This document shows positions 9,608-20,100 of a DNA stretch of 64,000 bases, piece by piece. Made by a program: the position numbers and the translations under genes. The DNA is from Cyanophora paradoxa CCMP329 (lineage: Eukaryota > Plantae > Glaucophyta), in NCBI GenBank assembly GCA_004431415.1, contig QPMI01000428.1:1-64000 (forward strand). The letters run 5' to 3'. The stretch's first letter is position 1, and every line of letters begins with the position of its first letter. Below the pieces are notes generated by a model. It ran no database searches and was not told where the DNA came from. It saw only the letters and a program-made list of their open reading frames with translations.

Positions 9608-12600
9608 ATGTCGTTCCTGAATCCGCGACCAGACGCACGAGTTATTAATTCGACCACTCAGATAGAGGACACTGATCAGGTAAACACTGAAATTCGCGGG
9701 TCTCTGAAAATAAACTTCAATGCAGACCGCGAAGATCCAGTCAGTGGAACACCGAGCAGACCCGCAGCTTTGCAGTTAATGAACGTCGAGAAAGGGGATC
9801 ATAAACTTGGAATCGACTTTTTACTTGATGATAACGAACGAAACAGAGTCGCCAGCATTCAGGCAACCCGCCAGCTACCGAAAACGGTGCGATATAATCG
9901 TAGGAACATCCCGAAAGCATTCGATAGAGGTCGCTTAAACTTCTTCATTCAAGATGAGAGCGGTTTCCAAAATGCAGCTATGAGAATCGTGGATAATAGC
10001 ACACTTATAGCGGGAGTATCCACACGGAAAACAAAGGTAGAGGTCGTCCATGATCTCTCAGCAGGTAATCTAACGACGAGTAACATTACAGCAAGTAACA
10101 TCACTACGGATACCCTAAATGTAAACTCGCTCAACTCCGAGTCGTTTTTCGCCACCAATGTCGCAACCTGTAACCTAAACATCGAATCCTTTGTGATTCA
10201 GAAGAGCGACACGGTTCCCCAAATCACAGAGGGCGTTTTTACATTAGACCCCGCGAAACCGACCTTAGAAATTGTCGAAAATGGGAACGTTGTGGATATA
10301 ATTGGCGCCAATGCTCCGAATGTGAGATCCTTAGCACTTGATAAAACGACTATATCATTTGCAGAGGAAATTCCGGCATTTACCACAGAGAAACAGGCAC
10401 TGAGAACAGATCATGTTCACATTACCAGAGACAATATAAACGATCTTTTGGGCAAGGACATTGTAAAGGCGTTTTTGGAGTTTGAAAGGAGCAAGAACAC
10501 CAAAGATTCCAGCCAGGATGGAACCCTCACGACCCACACAACCGAGATCGCGGCTTTGCAGTCCGAAATTAATGCACTGTTTGCAGCAGATGGAGCGCTT
10601 GCAATTACCTTAGCCCATATTCTATCGAAAAGGAACATTTACCCCGCGACTGATAACACATACCGAGTTGGTTTATCGAATCTGAGATGGTCAGAGGTGC
10701 ATGGAGTTTCCATGTTTGCCTCCAATTTAATCCTTCCATTAAATCACTCACTCCGACCTAATCAGATTCTTACCAATGGTAATGCACTGATCAGCTACAC
10801 CGACTATAATAGTAACCTTTCCCGCTCAGTTTCGCGAACTGAGACCTACACTGTCGAGGGATACCCTCAGCAGCTCGCAAATGGGGTCTATGTCGCTTAT
10901 GTAGGCAAACCTACATATACATTCACTTGGGATCAGTTGGGTGTCACAGGTTTCGAGACGAATATACCCACTGTTTCATTGGTGGATCACACTACTTATT
11001 ATAATCCTATCTATAACAATAATGAATCTAATAAAGCATTTATCCAAAATGTCACCTCCACAGGGTTTCAGGTTTCGTTTGTCATTAACGAGACATACAA
11101 TTTACTTATCATCCGAAACAACTTGTTGACTTCCGAAGCTACTATTATTTTCACTCTTACCATCAATTATATCACCCCTGAATTCGATAGCGAACCCAGA
11201 GTAAAGGTTTACCGAGATTTACAAGGTAGCAATATCGTGCCCTTCTCACAGAATTTCGATCTTGGGGCGAATTCTTTAAGGTGGAACACAGTTTATTCTT
11301 TGAGTGCAAACACCTGTAATATTGTGGTCGCAGGATCATCGGCTACTATTGGAGAACTGACCGCCCCTTTTAGAAAGGAGTATCTCAGAGAACTGTATAT
11401 AACAAAGTCTGATTTACCAGATGCTATTTCGTTGGTGCTCTCCCCCACTCCCAGTATATCCTATCACAATGTGAAAGACACAAGTAATGTAGTGCAGAGG
11501 GGAAGCAAAGTATTCCAGGCATCCGAGATATCAGCATCAACATATAGATACCTTGCAGGGGTTCCAGCGAATTTTAATTTCACATTTGAGACACCTTTTG
11601 TTTCCCCTCCTACTATTGAAATAACAGACACGAATTTGTATGTGATCAATAATGGGTCGACCACCTCTATTAACAATGCACCAGCCGGCTACTCCCCATT
11701 TGTTGCAACTAACATAACAACCACCGGCTTCACACTTGTCGGAAATGCAACAGTGACATATGCTCTTACAGCATATCCTGTTGGGTTGTATTTTGCGAAA
11801 TTTAATCTTTCAGCGATCCCACCTGTGTCCCTTTCTCCTCCCTTTACTATCAATTGGAAGGCAACAGGAACTATTCCGCGATTTGACCCCGAAGACCGCT
11901 TGAAAATAAGGTATCCTCTCGATGTGACCGACCTCCATACTACGAGAATAAATGGGCAGAATTTCGTATTTAATGGAACCAATGCGACTCTGATCAATAA
12001 CAGTGTCACAAATAATTACTTTTTCGATTCTCGATATATTAATACTTGCAATATTGTCATACAAAACACGTTTGAAAATCGCAGTAAGACCTTAACAGTC
12101 ACCTTGCCCACTCACTCGAATGTCTCAGATGGATTTCACTATTATCTTTTCAATCGTAATTACACCTCATATATTCCATATCCTTCTGAGACTGTCAACA
12201 TGAGCTATCCCAGAGTCACCCTAACATCGACCAATGCTGACTTCTTTGGATCCACGGACTTTATGACCTTCTTTGCTTTCACATCCTCTACTGATGGGCT
12301 CTTAGTTTATTACACTTTCAGGTATGATGCTGTTTGGACTCAGCTTGACAGCCACCCAAATACAGATGTCATCGAAGTGGGCGATAAGAAATACATAAAA
12401 ACCGCTTCTCCATGGGTGTGCACTGTCCGGCTCGATGACAGATACACTCCTAACCTTAATAACATTGGATTGCACTCGACATGCAATATTTATGTGCAAG
12501 GTGCGATTTCGGCTTCGAAGTACTTTGAGGGTGGGAATTGTGATACAGGACATAGGTTGCTATCGCGAAATGGACTCTTTGAGTCATTCAGTGGGACGGC

Positions 12601-13330
12601 TCTACCGCCCTTTATCAGGGACACAGTCTATGATACCACATGCAATATTTGGGTGTGTCGATCTGTGAGCAATCCACCTGTGACACAGGAATTATACAAG
12701 TATCTCGCAGATACCTATGGTGCAATCTCAGGATCCTCCACAGGAAATCCAGCGACGGCTCCAATCGTGTTTGCGAATGCATACACAGCGCCAACCTCAT
12801 TAGCAGGGTCGACGGAACCGCCACCAAACGATCCAAATCCGAACCAGCCTAACCCAGATCCCGATTCACAAGATCCCCCTACAACTAATCCAGATCCAAA
12901 CACACCACCTAATAATCCCACGAATCCTACAAATCCAGTCGGGGCACCGGGAACAGATCCAGGAACGTTAGTGCTTATGATTCTCTTGCCGATTCTCGGT
13001 GCTCTTGGGCTTGTGCTTGCATACAAATTCCGAGCTTTGTGTTGTGCATGCATAGACAGAACCATTGCAGGAGCAGGTAATAAATACTCCACACCAGAGC
13101 TTAATGTGACCCAAACAGCCGAAGGAGATGTGGGCTTAGAGGTGAGATCAGCCGAGGGGCATGGTCTTAGTGTTGTGAGGACTGACCGACCACCAGCAAA
13201 TAGGGCAGCACCCAAAAAATCACGAGCACAAGAATTGGCAGAGCAAACGATGAACAATGATAGAGACTTTATGGCGGAAATGGCACAGCGAGAAGGGAGA
13301 ATATATGAACATGTTCCAAACGTTATGTAA
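9608..13330 (+). CDS. Large (1240 aa) fibre/spike-like protein with a C-terminal transmembrane anchor
   Basis: The first ATG is at 9608. Features: a coiled segment, two 'NI.P..D..Y.LG..S.RW..VY'-like tail-fibre motifs, five TCN(I/L) repeats, H-lectin/gp53-like domains (FTFETPFVSPPTI...ITTTGF...INWKATG), a P/N-rich linker and the helix LVLMILLPILGALGLVLAY. Confidence 0.7.
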   Translation: MSFLNPRPDARVINSTTQIEDTDQVNTEIRGSLKINFNADREDPVSGTPSRPAALQLMNVEKGDHKLGIDFLLDDNERNRVASIQATRQLPKTVRYNRRNIPKAFDRGRLNFFIQDESGFQNAAMRIVDNSTLIAGVSTRKTKVEVVHDLSAGNLTTSNITASNITTDTLNVNSLNSESFFATNVATCNLNIESFVIQKSDTVPQITEGVFTLDPAKPTLEIVENGNVVDIIGANAPNVRSLALDKTTISFAEEIPAFTTEKQALRTDHVHITRDNINDLLGKDIVKAFLEFERSKNTKDSSQDGTLTTHTTEIAALQSEINALFAADGALAITLAHILSKRNIYPATDNTYRVGLSNLRWSEVHGVSMFASNLILPLNHSLRPNQILTNGNALISYTDYNSNLSRSVSRTETYTVEGYPQQLANGVYVAYVGKPTYTFTWDQLGVTGFETNIPTVSLVDHTTYYNPIYNNNESNKAFIQNVTSTGFQVSFVINETYNLLIIRNNLLTSEATIIFTLTINYITPEFDSEPRVKVYRDLQGSNIVPFSQNFDLGANSLRWNTVYSLSANTCNIVVAGSSATIGELTAPFRKEYLRELYITKSDLPDAISLVLSPTPSISYHNVKDTSNVVQRGSKVFQASEISASTYRYLAGVPANFNFTFETPFVSPPTIEITDTNLYVINNGSTTSINNAPAGYSPFVATNITTTGFTLVGNATVTYALTAYPVGLYFAKFNLSAIPPVSLSPPFTINWKATGTIPRFDPEDRLKIRYPLDVTDLHTTRINGQNFVFNGTNATLINNSVTNNYFFDSRYINTCNIVIQNTFENRSKTLTVTLPTHSNVSDGFHYYLFNRNYTSYIPYPSETVNMSYPRVTLTSTNADFFGSTDFMTFFAFTSSTDGLLVYYTFRYDAVWTQLDSHPNTDVIEVGDKKYIKTASPWVCTVRLDDRYTPNLNNIGLHSTCNIYVQGAISASKYFEGGNCDTGHRLLSRNGLFESFSGTALPPFIRDTVYDTTCNIWVCRSVSNPPVTQELYKYLADTYGAISGSSTGNPATAPIVFANAYTAPTSLAGSTEPPPNDPNPNQPNPDPDSQDPPTTNPDPNTPPNNPTNPTNPVGAPGTDPGTLVLMILLPILGALGLVLAYKFRALCCACIDRTIAGAGNKYSTPELNVTQTAEGDVGLEVRSAEGHGLSVVRTDRPPANRAAPKKSRAQELAEQTMNNDRDFMAEMAQREGRIYEHVPNVM

Positions 13331-13367
13331 CAACCTTAATTTTTGTAGTATTCCATAATAGAGTATA

Positions 13368-14876
13368 ATGACTGAACCCATAGTAGAAACGACAATAAAG
13401 AATGCTGTCTTGGATAATCAATTTTATATAACCCATGCCAATATACCCAGTGAATCCAATGACCTGATAGTAGATCTAAAAGGGTATGTGATGGGAGCTA
13501 TGGCTTCCAACCTGTGGAATGACATTTTTGGTTACGAGTTTGGTCACATATATGACATAGCAAATGGGATTGGCTATGTGGATGCAATGGCGGGAACAGT
13601 CTTTCGAAATCTAAATTGCAACTGTGTGGGTGGGTGGATGTTTCAGATCTGTTCAAACGTCGATCCTACTATTGATCCAGCTACTGTGACCTTTGATTGC
13701 AATCTATTCGCCCCTAAAACCATTTTCTCCATCACTTGCAATCTCGTAAATTCGGATGTGCCCATAATAGCACCTGTAATAGGTGCATCAAATATGTATA
13801 TCCAAAGAAACCCGGTCGTGCATACAGGTGCCGAATTTATATTGGGCGACAACACCCCAATCAGCCGCCTCGAATTACCCACGAATTTCACCTTTAATCT
13901 CGTGGATGAGTTCCCTAACAGTCAAAGTCTCATGTATTTCACCTCTGAAAATCGCCTTTCGGGTGCATTCTCACCAATTGAGCTGTCTATACCAAAGCAA
14001 AAGGTGAGCTACAAGGAGCTTACAGATGTGCCGACGGGATTCAGTGGGAAGTGGAGTGATATCATTCAGAAGCCGACTTGGAGTAGTGTAGCATACACAG
14101 GAAATTACTATGATCTTGTAAATCCTCCCGATTTCACAAGCTATATACCTCGTTGGATTGATCAAGGTGTAATTATATCAGAATCTACACTTCCTTTCAA
14201 TGGGACATGGGATAGGTTATTTACTAAGCCGAATTTGCATGCTGTTGCCACAAGTGGAAATTATGATGATCTGATAAACACACCAAACCTACATGCTGTG
14301 GCTACAAGTGGAAATTATGATGATCTGATAAACACACCAAACCTACATGCTGTGGCTACAAGTGGAAATTATGATGATCTGATAAACACACCAAACCTAC
14401 ATGCTGTGGCTACAAGTGGAAATTATGATGATCTGATAAACACACCTACTTCGCCACCTACTCACAATCACAGCATCGAGTTGCTCACGAATTTCGGTAG
14501 CTATGTAAATGCAAATGCATATGTGCAACAGGGGACAGCGGATGTAGTTTTGGAAAATAGAATATACAATGCAGGAGAGACCTTTCAGTTATCGGGAACG
14601 GTCGTATTCTCTACCCCATTTTATAGTGATGCAGTGATTACTACCTCTATCGAGAATAGCTTCAACTCCGTAAATTGGGACATGACGAACTGTGTATATA
14701 TTGGACCTGAGTATGTTAATAATACTCGTGTGGGTTTTAAAAATAAGTTTACCTGGATCGTAAGATTCACAACTTTCGCATCAACTAATTTCACAAATGT
14801 AGAAGCAGCTAATCGCACTCTTAAACTCCATTGGATTGCTGTCGGACCTCTCCAAAACAATAATATTCTCACGTAA
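13368..14876 (+). CDS. Fibre-like protein with VATSGNYDDL repeats and a gp53/H-lectin-like C-terminus
   Basis: Phage-tail-fibre-type 18-aa repeats. The C-terminus reads VVFSTPF...LHWIAVGP. Confidence 0.7.
   Translation: MTEPIVETTIKNAVLDNQFYITHANIPSESNDLIVDLKGYVMGAMASNLWNDIFGYEFGHIYDIANGIGYVDAMAGTVFRNLNCNCVGGWMFQICSNVDPTIDPATVTFDCNLFAPKTIFSITCNLVNSDVPIIAPVIGASNMYIQRNPVVHTGAEFILGDNTPISRLELPTNFTFNLVDEFPNSQSLMYFTSENRLSGAFSPIELSIPKQKVSYKELTDVPTGFSGKWSDIIQKPTWSSVAYTGNYYDLVNPPDFTSYIPRWIDQGVIISESTLPFNGTWDRLFTKPNLHAVATSGNYDDLINTPNLHAVATSGNYDDLINTPNLHAVATSGNYDDLINTPNLHAVATSGNYDDLINTPTSPPTHNHSIELLTNFGSYVNANAYVQQGTADVVLENRIYNAGETFQLSGTVVFSTPFYSDAVITTSIENSFNSVNWDMTNCVYIGPEYVNNTRVGFKNKFTWIVRFTTFASTNFTNVEAANRTLKLHWIAVGPLQNNNILT
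14229..14445 (+). repeat. 54-bp in-frame tandem repeat x4 (PNLHAVATSGNYDDLINT)
   Basis: Three identical copies plus one synonymously diverged copy. Confidence 0.95.
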
Positions 14877-14896
14877 TAATAAAGAACAATCAAAAG

Positions 14897-15880
14897 ATGT
14901 CGACTGTGTTTACCCCTGTGTTTTCTTTGAGTGCAAGTGCTGTCCATAATGTCCAACACACAGTCTATGATTTATCTCCGAGCCACCCTTCGACTGAGAC
15001 AGCGAAAACCGATTCTTTTAATGAACAAAGCATACTCAGAGTCAAAGAACTCAGAGCTGACAAGATTGATGGACTCGTTAAAGCTACTCAAATAATCGTA
15101 TCTAATCGACCCGCAATCTCTTCGGGGCTGGTCACCAAAGAAAATCTATATGAAGGTCAACAGGATTCCAAAACGGCTTTTAATCCGGCTGATAGGAATT
15201 CGGCGGCTTTTCAAGTTTACAGTGGTGGGGCATGGATTGGGACTGGACTGAGTGTGAATGGGACAGTGACAGCAACTTCTTATGGGGCTGTGAGTGGGAC
15301 AACAGCTACATTTTCATCTACTGGTGGATTTACTGGACTTGTTACAGCAAGTGGTGGAGTGAAAACAAACTCGATTGAAGCTGTGGGTGCAAGCGATAAT
15401 ATTGCACTGAAAAGGAATGGAGCCACAGTTGCAACAATCGATACTTCTGGACTTTCACTTTCGAGTGGATATAATTTGAAGAATGCAAATAATATCTGTT
15501 GTCGAGTCTACCATACTGTCACAACAGACTATGCAGTAAACAATGTTATCAAATACCCAAACATTGTCTATAATATAGGAAACTGTTACTCAACTACGAC
15601 AGGGCGTTTTACTCCTTCTATTGCAGGTATCTACATAATTTCATATTCGTTTTATAATAGTAGTGCTAATGCAAATGTAGAGGTAGGAATAAGACTAAAT
15701 GAAAACCCAAACTATATAGATGTTAAGAGCCAAAAGACAGTATCAACCAACAGTGGATATTCAACCATTACATTACGAATGAATACAACTGATTTTGTGG
15801 ATGTCTTTGTTGCTGTGGGAACAGCAACAATCTTTAAAGATAGTCATACATTCAGTGTTGCTTTGCTTTGTGCTATCTAA
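14897..15880 (+). CDS. Fibre protein with C-terminal C1q/TNF-like head
   Basis: A G/T/S-rich shaft is followed by VIKYPNIVYNIGNCYSTTTGRFTPSIAGIYIISYS...LRMNTTDFVDV...TFSVALL. Confidence 0.8.
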   Translation: MSTVFTPVFSLSASAVHNVQHTVYDLSPSHPSTETAKTDSFNEQSILRVKELRADKIDGLVKATQIIVSNRPAISSGLVTKENLYEGQQDSKTAFNPADRNSAAFQVYSGGAWIGTGLSVNGTVTATSYGAVSGTTATFSSTGGFTGLVTASGGVKTNSIEAVGASDNIALKRNGATVATIDTSGLSLSSGYNLKNANNICCRVYHTVTTDYAVNNVIKYPNIVYNIGNCYSTTTGRFTPSIAGIYIISYSFYNSSANANVEVGIRLNENPNYIDVKSQKTVSTNSGYSTITLRMNTTDFVDVFVAVGTATIFKDSHTFSVALLCAI

Positions 15881-15906
15881 TATTTTCTTTCAGTATATTA
15901 AAAGGA

Positions 15907-16170
15907 ATGTCGAACATCTATCAAGTCGTTCTAAGTGACACTGAAAAACTGGGAATGGAATACTGTGCCTACTCTGTTCAGGATTGGATCGATAATGCGG
16001 CTCATAATCGGGCGAGAATCGCGATTGATGAGATTGTGGACAAAGAAGTTAAATCGTGCATTGCCGCTGGAATTCCGATTCCACTCACAAAGGAAGCGAT
16101 TGTAGAGCAAGCATTTAATCGGGGGACTGTTCAGAAGGCAAGCAAAATTACTGTGAGTGCTCCTATGTAA
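15907..16170 (+). CDS. Small phage-like protein accompanying the C1q fibre (putative fibre chaperone)
   Basis: LSDTEKLGMEYCAYSVQDWIDNAAHNRARIAIDEIV resembles small proteins I recall downstream of C1q-fibre genes in marine tailed phages. The ATG is at 15907. Confidence 0.55.
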   Translation: MSNIYQVVLSDTEKLGMEYCAYSVQDWIDNAAHNRARIAIDEIVDKEVKSCIAAGIPIPLTKEAIVEQAFNRGTVQKASKITVSAPM

Positions 16171-16417
16171 AGAATTCGAATTCGAAGAATGAGAGAGGGG
16201 TTTATTGTTATTTTTCATAGATCATGCATAAGAAAGGCATGTATCTTGCATAGTGGGCGGGGCGCGAGTTTATTTTAACGTGGTCTATCGTCGTACTTCG
16301 TCGATCATCGTACTTTGTCGATGGGGTGCGCAAGTTTGTGCAGGTGGGCATTTTCGGCATGCTTGCTCATGCACAAACTTGCTTTAAAAAATACAAATCT
16401 CATTTTAAAATCATAAA

Positions 16418-16741
16418 TTAGCTCGTCCGAGTCTCACTATAACACTGTCGGCATTTGTAGTAGAGACCATCCTTCGTGCTTTGTTTTTTATTATACTCGC
16501 TTGCAGGCTTCTCAATCTTGCAATCGGGGCATATTTTCGATTGTACTTCGATTTTCGGACGCGTTTTTAAGACTTTGTGATACAGGTCAAGGTGATAGTC
16601 GCGGTTGCACTCGATGCATCTTGGATTCAATGCGACATTACCAGTTTTTAATTTACGCAAACCAAAACACGATGCAGGTCTATCTACTTTGCAGATAGTG
16701 CATTGCTTACTTTTGGGTAGTGGGAGTTGATTGCTCGGCAT
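16418..16741 (-). CDS. Small protein with two CxxC...CxxC zinc-binding repeats
   Basis: SKQCTICKVDRP...CIECNR and SKICPDCKIEKP...CRQC. The first ATG gives MPSNQ. Confidence 0.7.
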   Translation of the reverse strand: MPSNQLPLPKSKQCTICKVDRPASCFGLRKLKTGNVALNPRCIECNRDYHLDLYHKVLKTRPKIEVQSKICPDCKIEKPASEYNKKQSTKDGLYYKCRQCYSETRTS

Positions 16742-17133
16742 CTTTATAGCTATATAGCGGGAAATCTTTAAGTGGGGATAAACGCATTTCATATGTTGAT
16801 TTACGCTATCGGTGGGGGTCACCTTGATTTTTCAATTTGGGTAACTGAAAACAGTTTGGAAACGATCGGGAACATTTCGTAAAAATAGGGGTCTCACTGT
16901 CCTTACTGAGAAATCGAGAGAGGGTTTTAGGGCTTACTGGGAATGGTAAGGAATTATAAAAATGGAGAATTAAAGGGTTTCGTGATTGGTTTCAGTAAGG
17001 AGAGGTTAGATGTTTGAAAAATACAGTGCTAATTTATAATTTGTTACTGAGCCTTACTGAGAAATTTGAAAATGGATAATGGGCTTACTGAGAATGGTAG
17101 TGGGGAAGGTCGCGCAATTGGTGGGGTTCTCCT

Positions 17134-20100
17134 GGAAGCGAGCAGACCGGGGGCGGCGGATTCGTGAAACGGAAGGTATCAGAGAAGGACTAGGGGGGGG
17201 CAGGGAAGTACGGAGCCGCTGAGCAGGTGGCGACGGTGAGGGTGCAGGGGAGCGAATCCGTCGCAAAGTCGGAACAGGCTGACGGGGCTCGGCATATGTA
17301 GCCGCAGCTGCAGGAGCTGGAGCAAGCACTGGGGGTGCCGGATCCGGAGACTGGAGGCGGGGGCGCTGGGCAGGAGGCACAGGATCTGGAGGATTCTCTG
17401 AACTAGAGGGGGTTCGAGGTCGGCGAACGCCACGGGCGTTAGCAGGATGTTTATCAGCCCGAACATGACGGTCACGATCAGCAGAAGACTGAAAGTTCTT
17501 CCCACAAATAGGGCATATTAATGTGGAGGCAGAAGCGGCGCTAGCGCTAGCATCGGCAGACGAGCTCAAACGAGAACTCGAGGGAGCCGGGACCGAAGCT
17601 GTATCAGCGCTAGCAGATGGCCTCGCAATGTGCTGAACTTGAGGATTCACGCCGACGCCATTAACTGTAGTAGCAGGCCTAGGGGTAGCGACTGCAGGGG
17701 GGCCCGGGACCGCGACTGCTGGGGGGCCCGAGCGCTGTAGAGGGATAGCTCCGCGCACAGAAAAGAAGCTCGCATCAAAAATAGATTGAGGGGGGCTAGG
17801 GCGGTCACGTGACTCAGGGTTTGAACCATCGTAATCAGAGCCCTCCCCTAAATGCCGTAAACGAAGAAGCTCAATGCGCTCGACAGCAGGAGGCAACGTA
17901 ATCTCGAGAATATCCAGAAAACGTTTCCACAGGTTTAGCAGAGCATTAACGGAGTACACTGGTACCCGCTCAGCAAGTAAATTATCGGGTGAGAGATATG
18001 CACGGGACAGCTGAAAAATTGCGTAAATGCCCGCCAAAATATAACCGAGATACCGAACACAGAAATCGGCATCCACAGAAGATGTGATCAATGTCCCGCA
18101 ACACCGGGAACTTGTGGATCTAGAATAGCGGAGAACGTAATAGGAGGCAATGGTAAAGAGGGCTGCACGTCCTCGGGCAAAGCCTCTGCTAAGGATGTGA
18201 GCTCAGCATGCATGGCCCGCCAAAAACCCTGCACCACAGGGCAATCAAAGAAAACGTGCCGCACTGAACGATGCTGCCCATCATTACAAGCGCGGCAAAA
18301 AATAGCCGCGACCGGCGGCCGTTGTAAAGATGGGAAAGCCTTATATCGGAGACGGAAGAGGACATCGAGCCACAGCATAGGAAAGGCACGAAGGGCGACG
18401 AGCTGAGACACGCGATTAAGAGGGAGATCCAGACCCCAGTGTTCTGAAGGCATCTTAGCCCTACTCCGCACCCGCCACAGTCGCTGTACCTCGAGCTGGT
18501 AAAAGCGCCGAACAGAAAAGCCCTGAAGCGTGAGCATCTTATCGAATGTGAAAGCAAAATTGCTGTAGGAAAGCGTAGCTGTCGAACCCGTGCCAAGCGA
18601 AACCAGAATTGGACGCGAACCTCTGCGCAAAGAAATAAAATACTGGGAGGAGAGCACATGAAGCGGCAAGAGGCCAGCTGGTACGCCAGGGTACAAGAGC
18701 GGATCTGGAGGGCGGCCACGGGGCCACGGGACGAAATCCAACACCCGTGGGACAATCTCACCTTCAAAAAGAGGGAAGGCCACAAAAAAGCCCGAGGGAC
18801 CCCTCAGATACACATATTTATCATCTTTCGATTTATACCATAAGAAACGTTCCGGTACGGCATTAGCAGTAAGCGTTGTAAGCCAACTGGATGGCAGGGC
18901 ACGACAAATTTGATCAAAGGCAGCAGTATAATCAACTAGCATTGCAGGGGGAGCACGAAATCGGTGCAACTGTACATCCCAAATGTCAGCGACGCGCTGT
19001 ACACCGGCTCTCGCAAACTCAGTATGTGTCTGTGCTGCAATGTCACTAGGAAGAACATATAAAGGATTAAGAAAAATAGGCTGGGTCAAAATTTGATGCA
19101 CGGTTGTAGGAGATGCAACGGCTTGACGATCTCGCCACGCCTCAAACAGCATCTGCCAAAGCGGTGGCAAATGCAATCTTGGCAAGATGGCAGACACATC
19201 AAGCCCCAAAATGACATTAGCATAAGAGAATGGAGCCAACTGACGGTCTATTTGGTATTGAATATATTCCTTCCAAGGAGCTGAACAGGCCGGGTCGTTA
19301 AGGAAGGCAAGCCATTTAGATTTTAAAGCCAGCGAAAACGTAACAATATCTGGGCAATTTAATCCACCGTCTTTAAACGGAAGCGCCGTAACATATGTAG
19401 ATACGGAGCCGCGTACACCCGAAAAGTTGCGGATTAAATTACTCCAAGCTTTATAACGATCACCTCCCGGTTCTAAAATATACAGCGGATAATGTAGTGA
19501 TCCCACAATAGCAGCCCACGCAAGTAAAACACCAGAGCGTAGAGGCATCCGATTCCGGTTAACTGACTGTGCGCGCAGAACGAGAGCAGCAGTCTTTTTA
19601 TTCCAAAACCGGTCATGCACTAGCTCCAGAGGGAACCCGAGATATTTGGCGATCTTGGCATCTGCGGAAATCTCAGAAGGATCAACCTTCATACGCTCAA
19701 AAGGACAATCAGGTGGAAGAGATAAATTTGAGTGCATGGGTAGTATATGCGATTTTTCGAGATTAATTTTCGCCCCTGTTAACCGTTGAAATTTCTTAAT
19801 GAGAGCGTCCCAAATGGGGAATTCCGCAAAGGAGGCAATAAGGGGAACAGTATCATCAGCAAACTGGAGGACCTTGCATATGGACCGCCCAGAAATTTGC
19901 ACCCCGCGTATACGGGGTTCAGTATCGATTAACATGATTAATAGATGCGCACACAAATTATATAGATATGGCGATAGAGGACCACCCTGCCGGACTCCGC
20001 ACCGGATGGGAAACCGAGGCGTTGTCCAGCCATTAATATGGATCATCCCCGACAGATCAGAATACAAAAGACGGACCCAGTCAGTAAAGTATGACCCAAA

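Larger units (their letters stand above)
7294..17133. mobile_element. Element B: endogenous PLV/virophage-like virus, structural/entry gene block and right end
   Basis: Intronless, tightly packed, AT-rich genes (penton, lipase, fibres, Zn-finger) are followed by a purine-rich terminal segment ending ...ggggttctcct. GC content then jumps into the LINE. The right boundary is inferred. Confidence 0.65.
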
